Source of the DNA: Candidatus Latescibacterota bacterium
GTDB taxonomy: Bacteria; Latescibacterota; UBA2968; GCA-2709665
Direction of reading: 5' to 3'
Assembly: GCA_965219995.1 (NCBI GenBank)
Contig: CBDCOX010000002.1
Span: 576,001-640,000 of the forward strand
DNA: 64,000 nt
The notes under the pieces are model-generated. The model had not been told where the DNA came from. It searched no databases and was given only the letters and a program-made list of their open reading frames with translations. A program made the position numbers and the translations under genes. Position 1 is the stretch's first letter. Each line of letters starts with the position of its first letter. Shown here piece after piece: positions 8,796-18,720 of this stretch.

Positions 8796-10583
8796 ATGTA
8801 CAAAGTGACATTGTTCCACCTGGTCCTTGCCGTCAGCCTCCTGACAACTTCAGCGGCGCGTGCGGAAGTCAGCGTTTTACATCGTGCCCTCCGTGACGAA
8901 CTCGCGCGTTCGATGCAGCAACTCCAGCTTCAGGATTTGGATCGTCCGTACTTTGTTTCATATCTCGTACGCGAGATGAAGGCCAAACGTGCCTCGGCAA
9001 CCTTCGGCAGTCTGCTCGAAAGCCGCGAAAACCACTCACGCACGCTGGACGTCGAGGTACGGGTGGGAGACTACGCCCTGGACAATACCAACTTTCGCTC
9101 GTTCACCTTCGGCGGTTCGGGCGTCGTACGGATGCGAGGCGGCCGTGTTGCATTGCCCCTGGAGGACAACTACACTGAGCTGCGGCGCAGAATCTGGCTG
9201 GCCACTGACGCCGCATACAAAACGGCACTGGAAGATCTCGCCAGGAAGCGCGCCGCCCTGCAGAACAAGACGCGCACTGAGGAGATCCCCGACTTCAGCA
9301 GGGAAACGCCGGCAAACGAAGTCCATGAAGTGCGTCGGATCGTCCTGAATCTCGACACATTGGAAGAGCGGGTGCGTCGCCTCTCCGCGCTATTCCGAGA
9401 GTTGCCCGACATCTATACATCACAGGTGCGCATCCGTGGAAATAACACCAGCTTCCATTACCTTAACAGCGAGGGTACCTCGTTTTCGGGCACGAGATCC
9501 GGGATGGCACTTACTGCGGTCGCCGCGACGCAGGCTCCCGACGGCATGCCCCTGGAGGACTTCGTCGCCGCGTACGCCCGGTCACCAGAGACCCTTCCCG
9601 GCGACAGAGAACTCGCGTTAAGGATCGTCGCGATGGGAAGACGCCTGCGCCAACTGCGCCTTGCACCCGTCGTCGAACGTTTCACCGGGCCGGTGATCTT
9701 CGAAGGGCAGGCCGCGACGGAACTGTTCAGCCAGGGGTTCATACCGTACCTGTTGTCGAATCGAAGGGCGATGCACGACAATCCCGAATACGAAGGCTAC
9801 TATCCACAAAAAGCGGAAAACCCTTTCCTTGACAAGATAGGCGTGCGTGTTCTTCCCCCATTCCTGAATGTGCGCGCCGCCCCGAATCTCGAAACCTACC
9901 GGGATCGGCCGTTGTTGGGCGGGTATCGTATTGATGATGAAGGCGTGCGCGCGCGCGAGGTCCAGCTTGTACGGAAGGGTGTTCTCGAAACACTATTAAC
10001 GACTCGTATGCCCGTTCGCGGCATCAACCGCAGTACGGGTCACCGTCGAGGCGCGGGGGTCGCGCCGAGCAATATTCTGATCGAGCCGGAGAAGGGAATG
10101 AGCGAAGAACAGATCCGAAAGGAATTCTTCAAACTCATCAAAAGGCAGAAAAAAGAATACGGCTACATCGTTACACACGTGGCTAATCCGTCTTACAGAA
10201 CGAGCGAATCGCCGGTTGTGTTTACGTCTTCCGGATCAGAAGACTACGTAGCTAAACCGGAAAACCCGATTTTCGTTTACAAAGTCTACCTGGACGGACG
10301 CAGGGAGCTCGTACGTAACGCGCAATTTTCCGGGATCGGCGCCTATACCTTCAAGGACATCGTGCATGTGTCCAGCACGCACGATGTCAACACCGTGATG
10401 TTTCGGTCTGAGGACAACTCCTCACCCTTTTCCGGTGGGGGGCGTGGCCGCCCCGTCTTCACGAGTATCGTTACCCCCCGTATGGTCCTGTTCGAGGACA
10501 TCATGTTGAAGCCGCCCACCGGCGAGATTCCCAAAGCGCCGGTTACCCAACATCCGTACTTCGCAGGTAAGGTCACGCAATAA
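8796..10583 (+). CDS. TldD/PmbA family protein, non-catalytic TldE/PmbA-like subunit, with signal peptide
   Basis: Paralog of the upstream gene (same N-terminal architecture, IDDEGV, STGHRR, PSN). It lacks HExxxH. Signal peptide ends LLTTSAARA. Confidence 0.8.
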   Translation: MYKVTLFHLVLAVSLLTTSAARAEVSVLHRALRDELARSMQQLQLQDLDRPYFVSYLVREMKAKRASATFGSLLESRENHSRTLDVEVRVGDYALDNTNFRSFTFGGSGVVRMRGGRVALPLEDNYTELRRRIWLATDAAYKTALEDLARKRAALQNKTRTEEIPDFSRETPANEVHEVRRIVLNLDTLEERVRRLSALFRELPDIYTSQVRIRGNNTSFHYLNSEGTSFSGTRSGMALTAVAATQAPDGMPLEDFVAAYARSPETLPGDRELALRIVAMGRRLRQLRLAPVVERFTGPVIFEGQAATELFSQGFIPYLLSNRRAMHDNPEYEGYYPQKAENPFLDKIGVRVLPPFLNVRAAPNLETYRDRPLLGGYRIDDEGVRAREVQLVRKGVLETLLTTRMPVRGINRSTGHRRGAGVAPSNILIEPEKGMSEEQIRKEFFKLIKRQKKEYGYIVTHVANPSYRTSESPVVFTSSGSEDYVAKPENPIFVYKVYLDGRRELVRNAQFSGIGAYTFKDIVHVSSTHDVNTVMFRSEDNSSPFSGGGRGRPVFTSIVTPRMVLFEDIMLKPPTGEIPKAPVTQHPYFAGKVTQ

Positions 10584-10613
10584 CACGACGAGGCGCTGGC
10601 CGCCGACGTGCGT

Positions 10614-11618
10614 TCAGACGCCGGTGAACGCTTTGGCCTTGTCCTCAATCCTGGGCGGCCGCGCCGGACGCTCGCCGCGCAACTCGCCCCACAGGGCGAT
10701 TGCGATGCCCGCGAGGATAATGCCGCCACCGATGAGTTGCGCGGGCATGGGCACCTCGCCCAGGATGAGGCCGGCGAAGAGGACGCCGGCCACCGGTGAG
10801 AAGGAAGACGCCGTGGCGATGTCGGCCGGACGCACGCGCTTGATCCCGGCAAACCACGACAGCTGGCCGCAGGCCACCACGACCCCGCCGTAGAGGATCA
10901 TCCAGCCCCACAGTACCGGCGAGAAGATATCGGCGAAGTGCTCGATCCCGAAGAGGTAGAGGCCGATTCCGAGGAAGAAGAGCGCGCCCAGCAGGTTGCG
11001 GTAGACGCTGAAGATGCCCAGCGGGATCGACTGAAGCTGCTTGCGGCCGATTTCTGCGCCGCAAACGAGGAGCACGGTCGCCGCCGCCGCAAAGACCTCG
11101 CCGCTGCCCACCCCGCTTCCCATCCGAGCCGCCGCCATGCTTTCCGGCGAGGCGTCCATCTGCAGGAAGAGCGTTGTCGCCACGCCGGTGACGGCGCACA
11201 AGGCGCCCACGACGGCGGTCCCGCTCGATTTTTCCCGGTAAAATATCCAGGCCAGCAGCAGGACGAGCGGGATTTCTATCGTCTCGATCAGGACGATATT
11301 GGTCACTGAGGTCCGCGAAATGGCCGTGAACATCATGGCCGGCGCAATCGCGCCGGACGTGAGGGCCAGGACGGTCTGGATCAGCCATTGGCGGCGGGAC
11401 AGCCTGCGCAGGCGCGATGGGCGCCACTCCCGCTGAGTGACGGCAAACAGGGTCAGCGCCGCCACCAGGTTGCCCGCGAAGAGCAGGTTGCAGAAGGAGA
11501 TGGGATTGCGGCCGTGGATCAGATGCGCCTGACCGATTTCGACGAGGCGCGCCACGACCGGGGCGGCCGCGGCAAAGATCAGAATCGCAATCCAGAGGTA
11601 GATTCGTCCCCAAGTCAT
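10614..11618 (-). CDS. EamA/DMT family transporter
   Basis: About 10 TM helices, duplicated EamA domain, SFSPVAGVLFAGLILGE motif; start taken at MTWGR. Confidence 0.85.
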   Translation of the reverse strand: MTWGRIYLWIAILIFAAAAPVVARLVEIGQAHLIHGRNPISFCNLLFAGNLVAALTLFAVTQREWRPSRLRRLSRRQWLIQTVLALTSGAIAPAMMFTAISRTSVTNIVLIETIEIPLVLLLAWIFYREKSSGTAVVGALCAVTGVATTLFLQMDASPESMAAARMGSGVGSGEVFAAAATVLLVCGAEIGRKQLQSIPLGIFSVYRNLLGALFFLGIGLYLFGIEHFADIFSPVLWGWMILYGGVVVACGQLSWFAGIKRVRPADIATASSFSPVAGVLFAGLILGEVPMPAQLIGGGIILAGIAIALWGELRGERPARPPRIEDKAKAFTGV

Positions 11619-11822
11619 CGGATATCCAATTGAACGTCGCCCATCACGCACTCGAACTTCAATGGCGGCGTAAGTGCGGCCAATACGCATATTTCAGTGT
11701 GATCTCTGGCTTGACGCGGGCCGCGTCGAACGCTTTATTGTACCCAATCCCATGTTTCCGCGCAAACGTGTACTCCAACCAGCCCTCATGCATTCGCGTG
11801 GCCTCATCCGTAAAGGAGAACA

Positions 11823-12206
11823 ATGGGCCGGAGACCCGCTGCAAAACTGACTGGCATGAGCCCGCAGTTTCTCGTGGCCGATCTGGACCGGTCGATCCGC
11901 TTCTATACCGGGCAGCTCGGATTCGGCCTCGACTTCCGGTACGAGCATTTCTACGCCGGAGTCGTTCGGGACGGTCACTCGATCCACCTGAAACTCGCCC
12001 ACACGCGGCCTGACGAGCGGCAATTCCGGCGGGAAAACGAACACCTGGACATCACGTTCACGGTGGAGGATATCGACGCGACGTACAACGAGGCACAAAA
12101 CCGTTCCGTCCCGGTAACGCAACCTCTGCGGGAGATGCCTTACGGCCGTGAATTTTACGTGTCGGATCCCGATGGGTATATTCTCGCCTTTGTCGAGACG
12201 AAATAA
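11823..12206 (+). CDS. VOC/glyoxalase/bleomycin-resistance family protein
   Basis: VADLDRSIRFY..LGF and MPYGREFYVSDPDGY motifs; AAAGGAG RBS. Confidence 0.9.
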   Translation: MGRRPAAKLTGMSPQFLVADLDRSIRFYTGQLGFGLDFRYEHFYAGVVRDGHSIHLKLAHTRPDERQFRRENEHLDITFTVEDIDATYNEAQNRSVPVTQPLREMPYGREFYVSDPDGYILAFVETK

Positions 12207-12285
12207 CGCGGGCGTAGTGGGACGCATCGGCTGCTGATAGACGAATCCTCCGCGAATCCGGCCTTGACTTCGTCACCGGGATTTG

Positions 12286-12297
12286 TTATACGTATAA
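12286..12297. promoter_or_regulatory. Perfect palindrome TTATACGTATAA, probable TA-operon autoregulatory operator overlapping the -10 region
   Basis: 12-bp perfect palindrome with a further TATACGT half-site at 12298-12304, TTGACT at 12264 and TATAAT at 12293, directly upstream of the antitoxin. Confidence 0.55.
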
Positions 12298-12343
12298 TAT
12301 ACGTGTAGTATCGTCTGGTGTCTTCCCGAACGGAGAATTGCGC

Positions 12344-12574
12344 ATGCGCAAGAAGCTGACCATAACCATCGACGAAGAGGTGTATGAAGGCCTCCATCGG
12401 ACGATCGGCCGCCGGCGCATCAGCCGCTTTGTCGAAACGCTGGTCCGCCCCCATGTGCTTCAACCGGACCTGGAACAGGCTTACGTCGACATGGCGCGGG
12501 ATGAAGAACGGGAAAAAGAAGCAATAGAATGGGCGGAAGACACGTTGGGAGATGGTTTCGATGCGCCGAGGTGA
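12344..12574 (+). CDS. Antitoxin (ribbon-helix-helix-like) of the PemK/MazF module
   Basis: [17 protein letters not shown]-type N-terminus, acidic C-terminus; overlaps the toxin start. Confidence 0.8.
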   Translation: MRKKLTITIDEEVYEGLHRTIGRRRISRFVETLVRPHVLQPDLEQAYVDMARDEEREKEAIEWAEDTLGDGFDAPR

Positions 12575-12881
12575 AGTGTGGTGGGTGAATTTCAACCCAT
12601 CCACGGGTGGCGAAATCCGTAAGAGACGCCCCGCGATTATCGTCAGCAACGACGCATCCAACAGACATTTGAATCGCGTTCAGGTCGTGCCGCTGACGAG
12701 CAATCTCGACCGTCTCTACCCGAGTGAAGCCTATGTGACCGTACTGGACGAAAGACGGAAGGCGATGGCCGACCAGTTGGCAACGGTGAGCAAGCGCCGA
12801 TTGAGTGCGCTTCACGGACGCGTCTCCGTATCGGACATGGACCGCGTGGAACGCGCGATCAGGGTGCAGTTGGGCCTGTGA
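12561..12881 (+). CDS. mazF: Type II toxin, PemK/MazF family endoribonuclease
   Basis: [31 protein letters not shown] ... VVPLTS ... [12 protein letters not shown]. Confidence 0.92.
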   Translation: MRRGEVWWVNFNPSTGGEIRKRRPAIIVSNDASNRHLNRVQVVPLTSNLDRLYPSEAYVTVLDERRKAMADQLATVSKRRLSALHGRVSVSDMDRVERAIRVQLGL

Positions 12882-13005
12882 TACCCCAACTGCGGGTTTA
12901 TATTGTACGAGATTTCTGTTCGCGGAAAGGGGCGGACGGCGCACTCGCTCCGGCCGGTGACGGGTGCAATCGAGGGAAACTTCCGAAGGAGGTAAATTAA
13001 AACCG

Positions 13006-14232
13006 ATGGCGACAATCAACTCCAACTACAACAAACTCTCGGCCGGCTATTTGTTCCCGGAAATCGCAAGGCGGACGGGCGCGTTTCTGGATGATCACCC
13101 TGACGTTGAAGTGATGCGTCTCGGCATCGGCAACACCACCGAGCCGTTGCCTCCCAGCGTGATCGAACGCTTGCATCATACGGTGGATAAACTGGCGGTC
13201 GTCGAGACCTATACGGGGTACGCGGACGGAAGCGAAGGGAATCTCGATCTCAGAGAAGCCATCGCGGGCCGTTACGCGGAACGCGGCGTCGTACTGGATA
13301 CGGATGAGATATTCGTCGGCGACGGAGGAAAACCCGATTCGGCGAATATCCAGTCCATCTTCGGCCTGGACAACGTGGTGGCCGTTCAGGACCCCGCCTA
13401 TCCCGTCTACGTGGACAGCAACGTGATCGCCGGTCGCACCGGGACGATGGTCGACGGTCAGTATCAGGGAATCGTCTACATGCCCTGCACGGAGGCGAAC
13501 GGCTTCTTTCCCGCATTGCCCGAGAAAAAAGTGGACCTGATTTACATCTGCAGTCCCAATAACCCGATCGGTTCCGTTGCAACCCGCAGCCAGTTGCAGA
13601 CGTTTGTGGATTACGCCATCCGCAATCGGGCGGTGATCATCTTCGACGCGGCCTACTGTGCGTACATTTCGGATCCGTACCTCCCGCACAGCATCTATGA
13701 GATCGAGGGCGCCGCAACCTGCGCCATCGAAATCAACAGTTTCTCCAAGGATACCGGATTCACCGGCGTACGGCTGGGCTGGACCGTGGTTCCGAACGAC
13801 CTGGTCGTGGAAGACGGCGGGCCGGGTGCTGTGAACGGACTCTGGCGCAGGCGGCAGAATACGATGTTCAACGGCGCCTCCAATATCGTGCAGGGCGGCG
13901 CTCTGGCGGTGTTCACGGACGCGGGGAAGGCGGAGTGCAGTGAAATGGTGGCGTATTATATGGCCAATGCCTCGCGCATCCGCTCCGGGCTCGAGGGCAT
14001 GGGCCTCACCGTCTATGGCGGCGTCCACGCGCCGTATCTCTGGATGAAGACGCCCGGGGGCATGGGTTCCTGGGACTTTTTCGACAAGCTGCTGTCCGAG
14101 GCGCACGTCGTCGGGACGCCGGGCGCGGGATTCGGACCCAGCGGCGAAGGGTTCTTCCGGCTGAGCGCGTTCGGGCACCGCGAGGACATCGAGTCGGCCG
14201 TGGACAGCATCGAGCGGAATCTGAAGATATAG
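13006..14232 (+). CDS. dapL: LL-diaminopimelate aminotransferase
   Basis: [48 protein letters not shown]-lysine motif, GTPGAGFG. Confidence 0.95.
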   Translation: MATINSNYNKLSAGYLFPEIARRTGAFLDDHPDVEVMRLGIGNTTEPLPPSVIERLHHTVDKLAVVETYTGYADGSEGNLDLREAIAGRYAERGVVLDTDEIFVGDGGKPDSANIQSIFGLDNVVAVQDPAYPVYVDSNVIAGRTGTMVDGQYQGIVYMPCTEANGFFPALPEKKVDLIYICSPNNPIGSVATRSQLQTFVDYAIRNRAVIIFDAAYCAYISDPYLPHSIYEIEGAATCAIEINSFSKDTGFTGVRLGWTVVPNDLVVEDGGPGAVNGLWRRRQNTMFNGASNIVQGGALAVFTDAGKAECSEMVAYYMANASRIRSGLEGMGLTVYGGVHAPYLWMKTPGGMGSWDFFDKLLSEAHVVGTPGAGFGPSGEGFFRLSAFGHREDIESAVDSIERNLKI

Positions 14233-14245
14233 CCTATCTCAATTC

Positions 14246-14474
14246 AAAACCGGAACTCACATGGATAAACAGGATTGACAGGATAAAACCAAAATACCCG
14301 AAAAAACGGACATCGAAAACTACGAAATACACGAAAAAGCGCGAAAAAAACCGATCAGGATTTACAGGATTAAGCAGGATTAGAAACCAGGAGCAGGATG
14401 AAAACCGAAAACCAGAACTCACATGGATGAACAGGATGGACAGGATAAAAGCCAAAGAGCGCGAGAAAACCGGT
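14246..14474. repeat. Purine-rich intergenic repeat cluster (CAGGAT and CACGAAA submotifs)
   Basis: 43-nt direct repeat AAAACC(G/A)GAACTCACATGGAT(A/G)AACAGGAT(T/G)GACAGGATAAAA at 14246 and 14408; CAGGAT repeated every 9-10 nt; ACGAAATACACGAAAA in between. Confidence 0.85.
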
Positions 14475-14494
14475 AACGGCGAGGCACAGGAAGG

Positions 14495-15457
14495 ATGAAG
14501 ATGCGACTGCGGGCCTGTATTTTCGTGATGTCGATGGGGATGGCTGCCGCGGCGGTTTCGGAGGAGAAGAAGCCGGCGCCGAAGCTTGCGGTTGCGTACC
14601 GGTTTGCCGCCGCAATCGGACAGAAAGGAGGCGGGGTGGGGCACTTTCACGAAGCGTCCGCCATCGCCCTCGATACGTTCGGCAATCTGTACGTGGCCGA
14701 TACGGGCAATGACCGCGTCCAGAAGTTCGATCCGGACGGGGCGTATCTGTCTGAGGTGGGCACGTTTGGCTGGGACCCGGGGCAATTCAGCCAGCCGGCG
14801 GGGGTCGCGGTGGGGAAGGCGGGGCTGGAGGTATACGTTTCGGACGGGAGAAACAACCGCATCCAGATTTTCAGCCCTCATTTCCGCCTGTTGGGCGTGG
14901 TTGGAGGACGCGACGTAGACGGGCCCATCCGCCTGGGAAACCTTGGCGGGATTGCGGTTTCGGAAGACGGTGAGCTGTACGTCTGTGACACCGACGCCGA
15001 CCAGGTGGTTCAGATCAGCAGTTACAGCCCTGTCGAGAACCAGTTCGGAGGGTTCGGATACGGAGCCGACCGCATACGGCGTCCGCTGGGACTCGCCGTC
15101 GGACCCAAGAACCAGGTCTACGTCTGCGACAGCGAGAACGACCGCATCGCCGTATTCGACAGATACGGAAACTTCAGCAAGAGCCTGGCGGAAGGGTCGC
15201 TCTCCGAGCCGGCGGGCGTGTGCGTGGGGCCGGAGGACGTGTTGTTTGTCGCGGACAAGGGGCACAACCGTGTGGTGGCGCTGGATCTGAGGACCGGGGA
15301 CGTGGCCGCCCTGATCGGCGGGCCCGGCGCCGGCCGGGGGCCCGGCGCGTTCAAGGCGCCGACCGACGTGGCCTTCGGTCCCGGCAGGGCTCTCTTCGTT
15401 CTGGACGGCGGCAACCATCGCATTCAGAAGTTCGAAATGTTGATCAGCAGGAGATAG
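14495..15457 (+). CDS. Exported NHL-repeat beta-propeller protein
   Basis: Signal peptide; about six NHL repeats (GNLYVADTGNDRVQKFD, VYVSDGRNNRIQIF, VYVCDSENDRIAVFD etc.). Confidence 0.9.
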   Translation: MKMRLRACIFVMSMGMAAAAVSEEKKPAPKLAVAYRFAAAIGQKGGGVGHFHEASAIALDTFGNLYVADTGNDRVQKFDPDGAYLSEVGTFGWDPGQFSQPAGVAVGKAGLEVYVSDGRNNRIQIFSPHFRLLGVVGGRDVDGPIRLGNLGGIAVSEDGELYVCDTDADQVVQISSYSPVENQFGGFGYGADRIRRPLGLAVGPKNQVYVCDSENDRIAVFDRYGNFSKSLAEGSLSEPAGVCVGPEDVLFVADKGHNRVVALDLRTGDVAALIGGPGAGRGPGAFKAPTDVAFGPGRALFVLDGGNHRIQKFEMLISRR

Positions 15458-15566
15458 GCGGCGAAGACGCCACGTCCTGGTCGTCAGAAATACGGGCCGC
15501 GGGTCTCAAAGGCCAGGCGCAGAGCCTGGTTTTTCCGACTCCCGACCCTTTTTTTTGTTCAAGCCC

Positions 15567-18500
15567 ATGCTCATCCGTCAGATCTTCATAATCGTCGCCG
15601 GCCTCTTCACCGCGGCCGGCGCCGCGCCTCCGCCCGGACAGCTGACTGTCTTCGATATGGAGCGGACCATTCGGACGGATGGCAGCCGGGGTCCTTTTCG
15701 CATCTCGGACCGACCGATTCTGGCGGAAAGCGAACGAGTCTGGGTGCGAGACAGCCTGCTCGTCAGGGACCTGGACTACGAAGTGGACTGTGCCGGTGGC
15801 GTGCTGCTGCTGGCGCGGGAACGTCCTCGCGGCACCCGTGTTTTCGTGCGGTTCCGGCAATTGCCTCAGGTTCTACCCGGGGTCTACCGACGGCGTGAGC
15901 GAAACCCGGATCGGCCGCATGTGCGGCTGGCCCCGGTCCGGCGCCGAAGTCGCCGGGCGATCGTGAAAACGCCGGACCCGTACGGCGAGGCGACCTCACG
16001 GCTCGACGTCGGGGGCGCGAAGCGCATACAGGTCACTGTGGGCGGCAATCGCGATCTGGAACTCAGCCAGGCGCTTCGGGTGCAACTATCCGGACAGATG
16101 GCTGACGGCGTGGAAGTGACCGCGATGCTGTCCGACCGGAACCTCCCGTTGGGACTCGAAGGCGGCACACGCAACCTGCAGGAGCTGGACCGCGTGAGGT
16201 TCCAGGTCCGTTCCCGGAAATTTTCGGCTTCGCTCGGCGACCTGGACGTCGAGTTCGACGGGACCACCTTCGGGCGATATCGCAGGCGGTTGCATGGCGC
16301 CCATTTCGCGTTTGCAGCGTCCGGCGCGGACGTGAACCTGTTCGGGGCCGCTGCGAACGGACGCTGGGTCAGCCACCGCCTTCACACCATCGAAGGCTAC
16401 CAGGGCCCATACCGGTTGCCCGGTGACGCTGACGCCCTCGGCGGCGGAATCGTCGCGGGATCCGAAAGGGTCTATCAGGACGGACGTCTGCTACGCGGGG
16501 GCGAGAGCCAGGACTACGTTGTGGACTATGAAATGTCCACCATTACGTTTACCCCGGTCAGACCCGTCACCGGTCAGAGCCGCATCACCGTGGAATACCA
16601 GTTCGAGGCCCCCGGGTCCCGGCGGCGCCTGATGGGCGCGCGGGGCACCCTGGCGCTTGCCGACGACCGGCTCAAGCTGGGCGGGACGTTTATCCGCGAG
16701 GCCGACAGGGCCGGCGGCGTCGCGGGTGTCGGTATCTCCGCGGCGCATTTTCAACCGTTCCGGCAGCAACTGGCCGTGATGGATGCGGCATATGAGCCTG
16801 CAGCGGGCGTCCGCCTGGACGGAGAACTGGCGATGAGCGCGGCGCCCGCGAAGGCGGACACCCGCAGCCAGCGCCGGGGCCGGGCTTTCAGGTTGGGGTT
16901 GGATCTGTGGCCCGGTGCGCTGCGGCTGGGCGGTTACGCTCTCGGGCGGGTTCGCCTGACCGGCTCATACCGGCAGGTGGGCGCACGGTTTCAGGCGATT
17001 GAGAACATCGTACGGGTGACGCGCGAGGGGCGGTGGGGCTGGCAGGCCGATGCGCCGGAGGCTGGAGACCGGATGGGCGAGGTGGCGCTGCAATACGCCA
17101 TCAGGCCCGGCGTCCGGTTCGATGCCGGTTACGGCAGGCGCCAGGGGAACGTGACGGCGGTCCGGCGCGACGTCGGCCTCCGGGTTTCCGATGCGCGGGC
17201 CCCGCGGGTGTTCTATCGCTTCGACGAAGTGTCCCACGGGTCGGGTCAGTTCGCCAGGCATCGGGGCCGAATCCGGGCGCCCATGCGAGGGTTCACGCCG
17301 GGATTGCGTTTTGAGTCGGAAACCGCGACCGGGTCGTCGGTTCCTCATTCGACCCTGTATTATGCCTCGGCGGCCGATACCGCGCACCGTGGAGTCCGTG
17401 TCCGGTCGGGGGCCGTGGACCTGTCAACGCGCGTGTTGGGTGCGCTGGCGTGGACGTCGGAAGTTTCGGTGCGGAGGATCCACCTCCTTGAACGCACATG
17501 GCAGGACAGCCTGCGGGCGTGGACGACAACCCACCGCACATCGATGTCCGGCAGGCGCGGTCTGTCTTTTTCAGGGGAGTACAGCAGGAGCCGGACCCAT
17601 TCCCCGCTGCATCCCGCAAAGGGTCGCATCACGGACCTTGGACGGATCAGGTGGGGGTACACCGTGTTGAAAGGGGCGGTTTCGCACCGGTTTTCCTATC
17701 GCATTTCCAGTACCGGCGCGCCCGACAGACAGCCGGTGTACGTGGTCCTCGGTCCGGGTCGCGGTACGCACGTCTGGGAGGACGTGGATGGCGACGGGCT
17801 CAAGGACCCGGAGGAGTTCGTGGAAGACGTGGAAGGCGAGTACGTGCGTTATATCAGTCCGGCCGCCCGGTATCGCCCCGTGCGCGACGCGGCGCTTGCC
17901 GCCCGGACCGAGCTTGTGCTGAAGCGGCTTCTGCGATCTCCCGAAGGCCGGTGGCTGCGGTTCCTCGCCGGTCTGTCGCTGGACGTGACGCTGGAGGCCG
18001 ACCGGCAGGCGCCGCCTGGCCAGGCCGGCGTGGCGCCCTGGTACATGTACGGTTTCGGCGCAGGCGAGGGGATTCTCCACGGGCGGCGTGAGCTGCGGAC
18101 CCGGCTCTACCTCTTTCGATACGGCCGTCCTGCCACGTTTCGGGTGACGACCCGTCGGGGCACACGCCTCGACCAGGACTTTAGGGATGGCGGTCTGGAG
18201 ACCACGTCACAGGTGTCCGCGCAGGGTCGTGTCGCACTCGGTCGCGGATCGTCGGTGGAGCTGGAACTGCAAGGTGAGGCGCGCGACCGACCCGGCGAAG
18301 GTCCGTTTTTCTACAAAATCCGATCCCGCCGGCTGACCCTGGGGGCCGATCGGCACGCGGCAAGGGCATGGCAGGCGCGGATGGGACTGGCGCTCGGCAC
18401 GGAAAGGGAGGAGAATCGCGCGTTGCACGCCCGTTTTGTTTCGGTTCGCCCGGAGATTCGACGCGCGCTGCCGGGCAGGGGGCGGTTGCGAACTTCCTGG

Positions 18501-18710
18501 GACTGGACCCGTGTCCTCGCCTCCGGAACCATGCCGTTGTTCCTGGGGATGGCAGGCGGGAACCGTAACGGAAACAACGTGGGATGGCGCCTGGGGGTGG
18601 ACTACCGGCTTGGGAGGCACCTGACCGCGATGGTCCTGTACGACGGGCGCAAGCGCCCCGGGAAGCCGGTCCTGCATCTGGGGCACATGGAAATGCGGGC
18701 CTTATTCTGA
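15567..18710 (+). CDS. Large outer-membrane beta-barrel protein with SprA-like N-terminal modules
   Basis: Signal peptide; two 'SERV...L....DY.VD' modules; amphipathic beta-strands; WEDVDGDG Ca-binding-like loop; C-terminal Phe (EMRALF). Confidence 0.6.
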   Translation: MLIRQIFIIVAGLFTAAGAAPPPGQLTVFDMERTIRTDGSRGPFRISDRPILAESERVWVRDSLLVRDLDYEVDCAGGVLLLARERPRGTRVFVRFRQLPQVLPGVYRRRERNPDRPHVRLAPVRRRSRRAIVKTPDPYGEATSRLDVGGAKRIQVTVGGNRDLELSQALRVQLSGQMADGVEVTAMLSDRNLPLGLEGGTRNLQELDRVRFQVRSRKFSASLGDLDVEFDGTTFGRYRRRLHGAHFAFAASGADVNLFGAAANGRWVSHRLHTIEGYQGPYRLPGDADALGGGIVAGSERVYQDGRLLRGGESQDYVVDYEMSTITFTPVRPVTGQSRITVEYQFEAPGSRRRLMGARGTLALADDRLKLGGTFIREADRAGGVAGVGISAAHFQPFRQQLAVMDAAYEPAAGVRLDGELAMSAAPAKADTRSQRRGRAFRLGLDLWPGALRLGGYALGRVRLTGSYRQVGARFQAIENIVRVTREGRWGWQADAPEAGDRMGEVALQYAIRPGVRFDAGYGRRQGNVTAVRRDVGLRVSDARAPRVFYRFDEVSHGSGQFARHRGRIRAPMRGFTPGLRFESETATGSSVPHSTLYYASAADTAHRGVRVRSGAVDLSTRVLGALAWTSEVSVRRIHLLERTWQDSLRAWTTTHRTSMSGRRGLSFSGEYSRSRTHSPLHPAKGRITDLGRIRWGYTVLKGAVSHRFSYRISSTGAPDRQPVYVVLGPGRGTHVWEDVDGDGLKDPEEFVEDVEGEYVRYISPAARYRPVRDAALAARTELVLKRLLRSPEGRWLRFLAGLSLDVTLEADRQAPPGQAGVAPWYMYGFGAGEGILHGRRELRTRLYLFRYGRPATFRVTTRRGTRLDQDFRDGGLETTSQVSAQGRVALGRGSSVELELQGEARDRPGEGPFFYKIRSRRLTLGADRHAARAWQARMGLALGTEREENRALHARFVSVRPEIRRALPGRGRLRTSWDWTRVLASGTMPLFLGMAGGNRNGNNVGWRLGVDYRLGRHLTAMVLYDGRKRPGKPVLHLGHMEMRALF

Positions 18711-18720
18711 GAGGTGCCGT

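Noticed and set aside
14234-15418. 394-aa minus-strand ORF with repeated ILSILFIHV hydrophobic tail
   Set aside because: Antisense to the NHL gene; the tail is a translation of the intergenic CAGGAT repeats.
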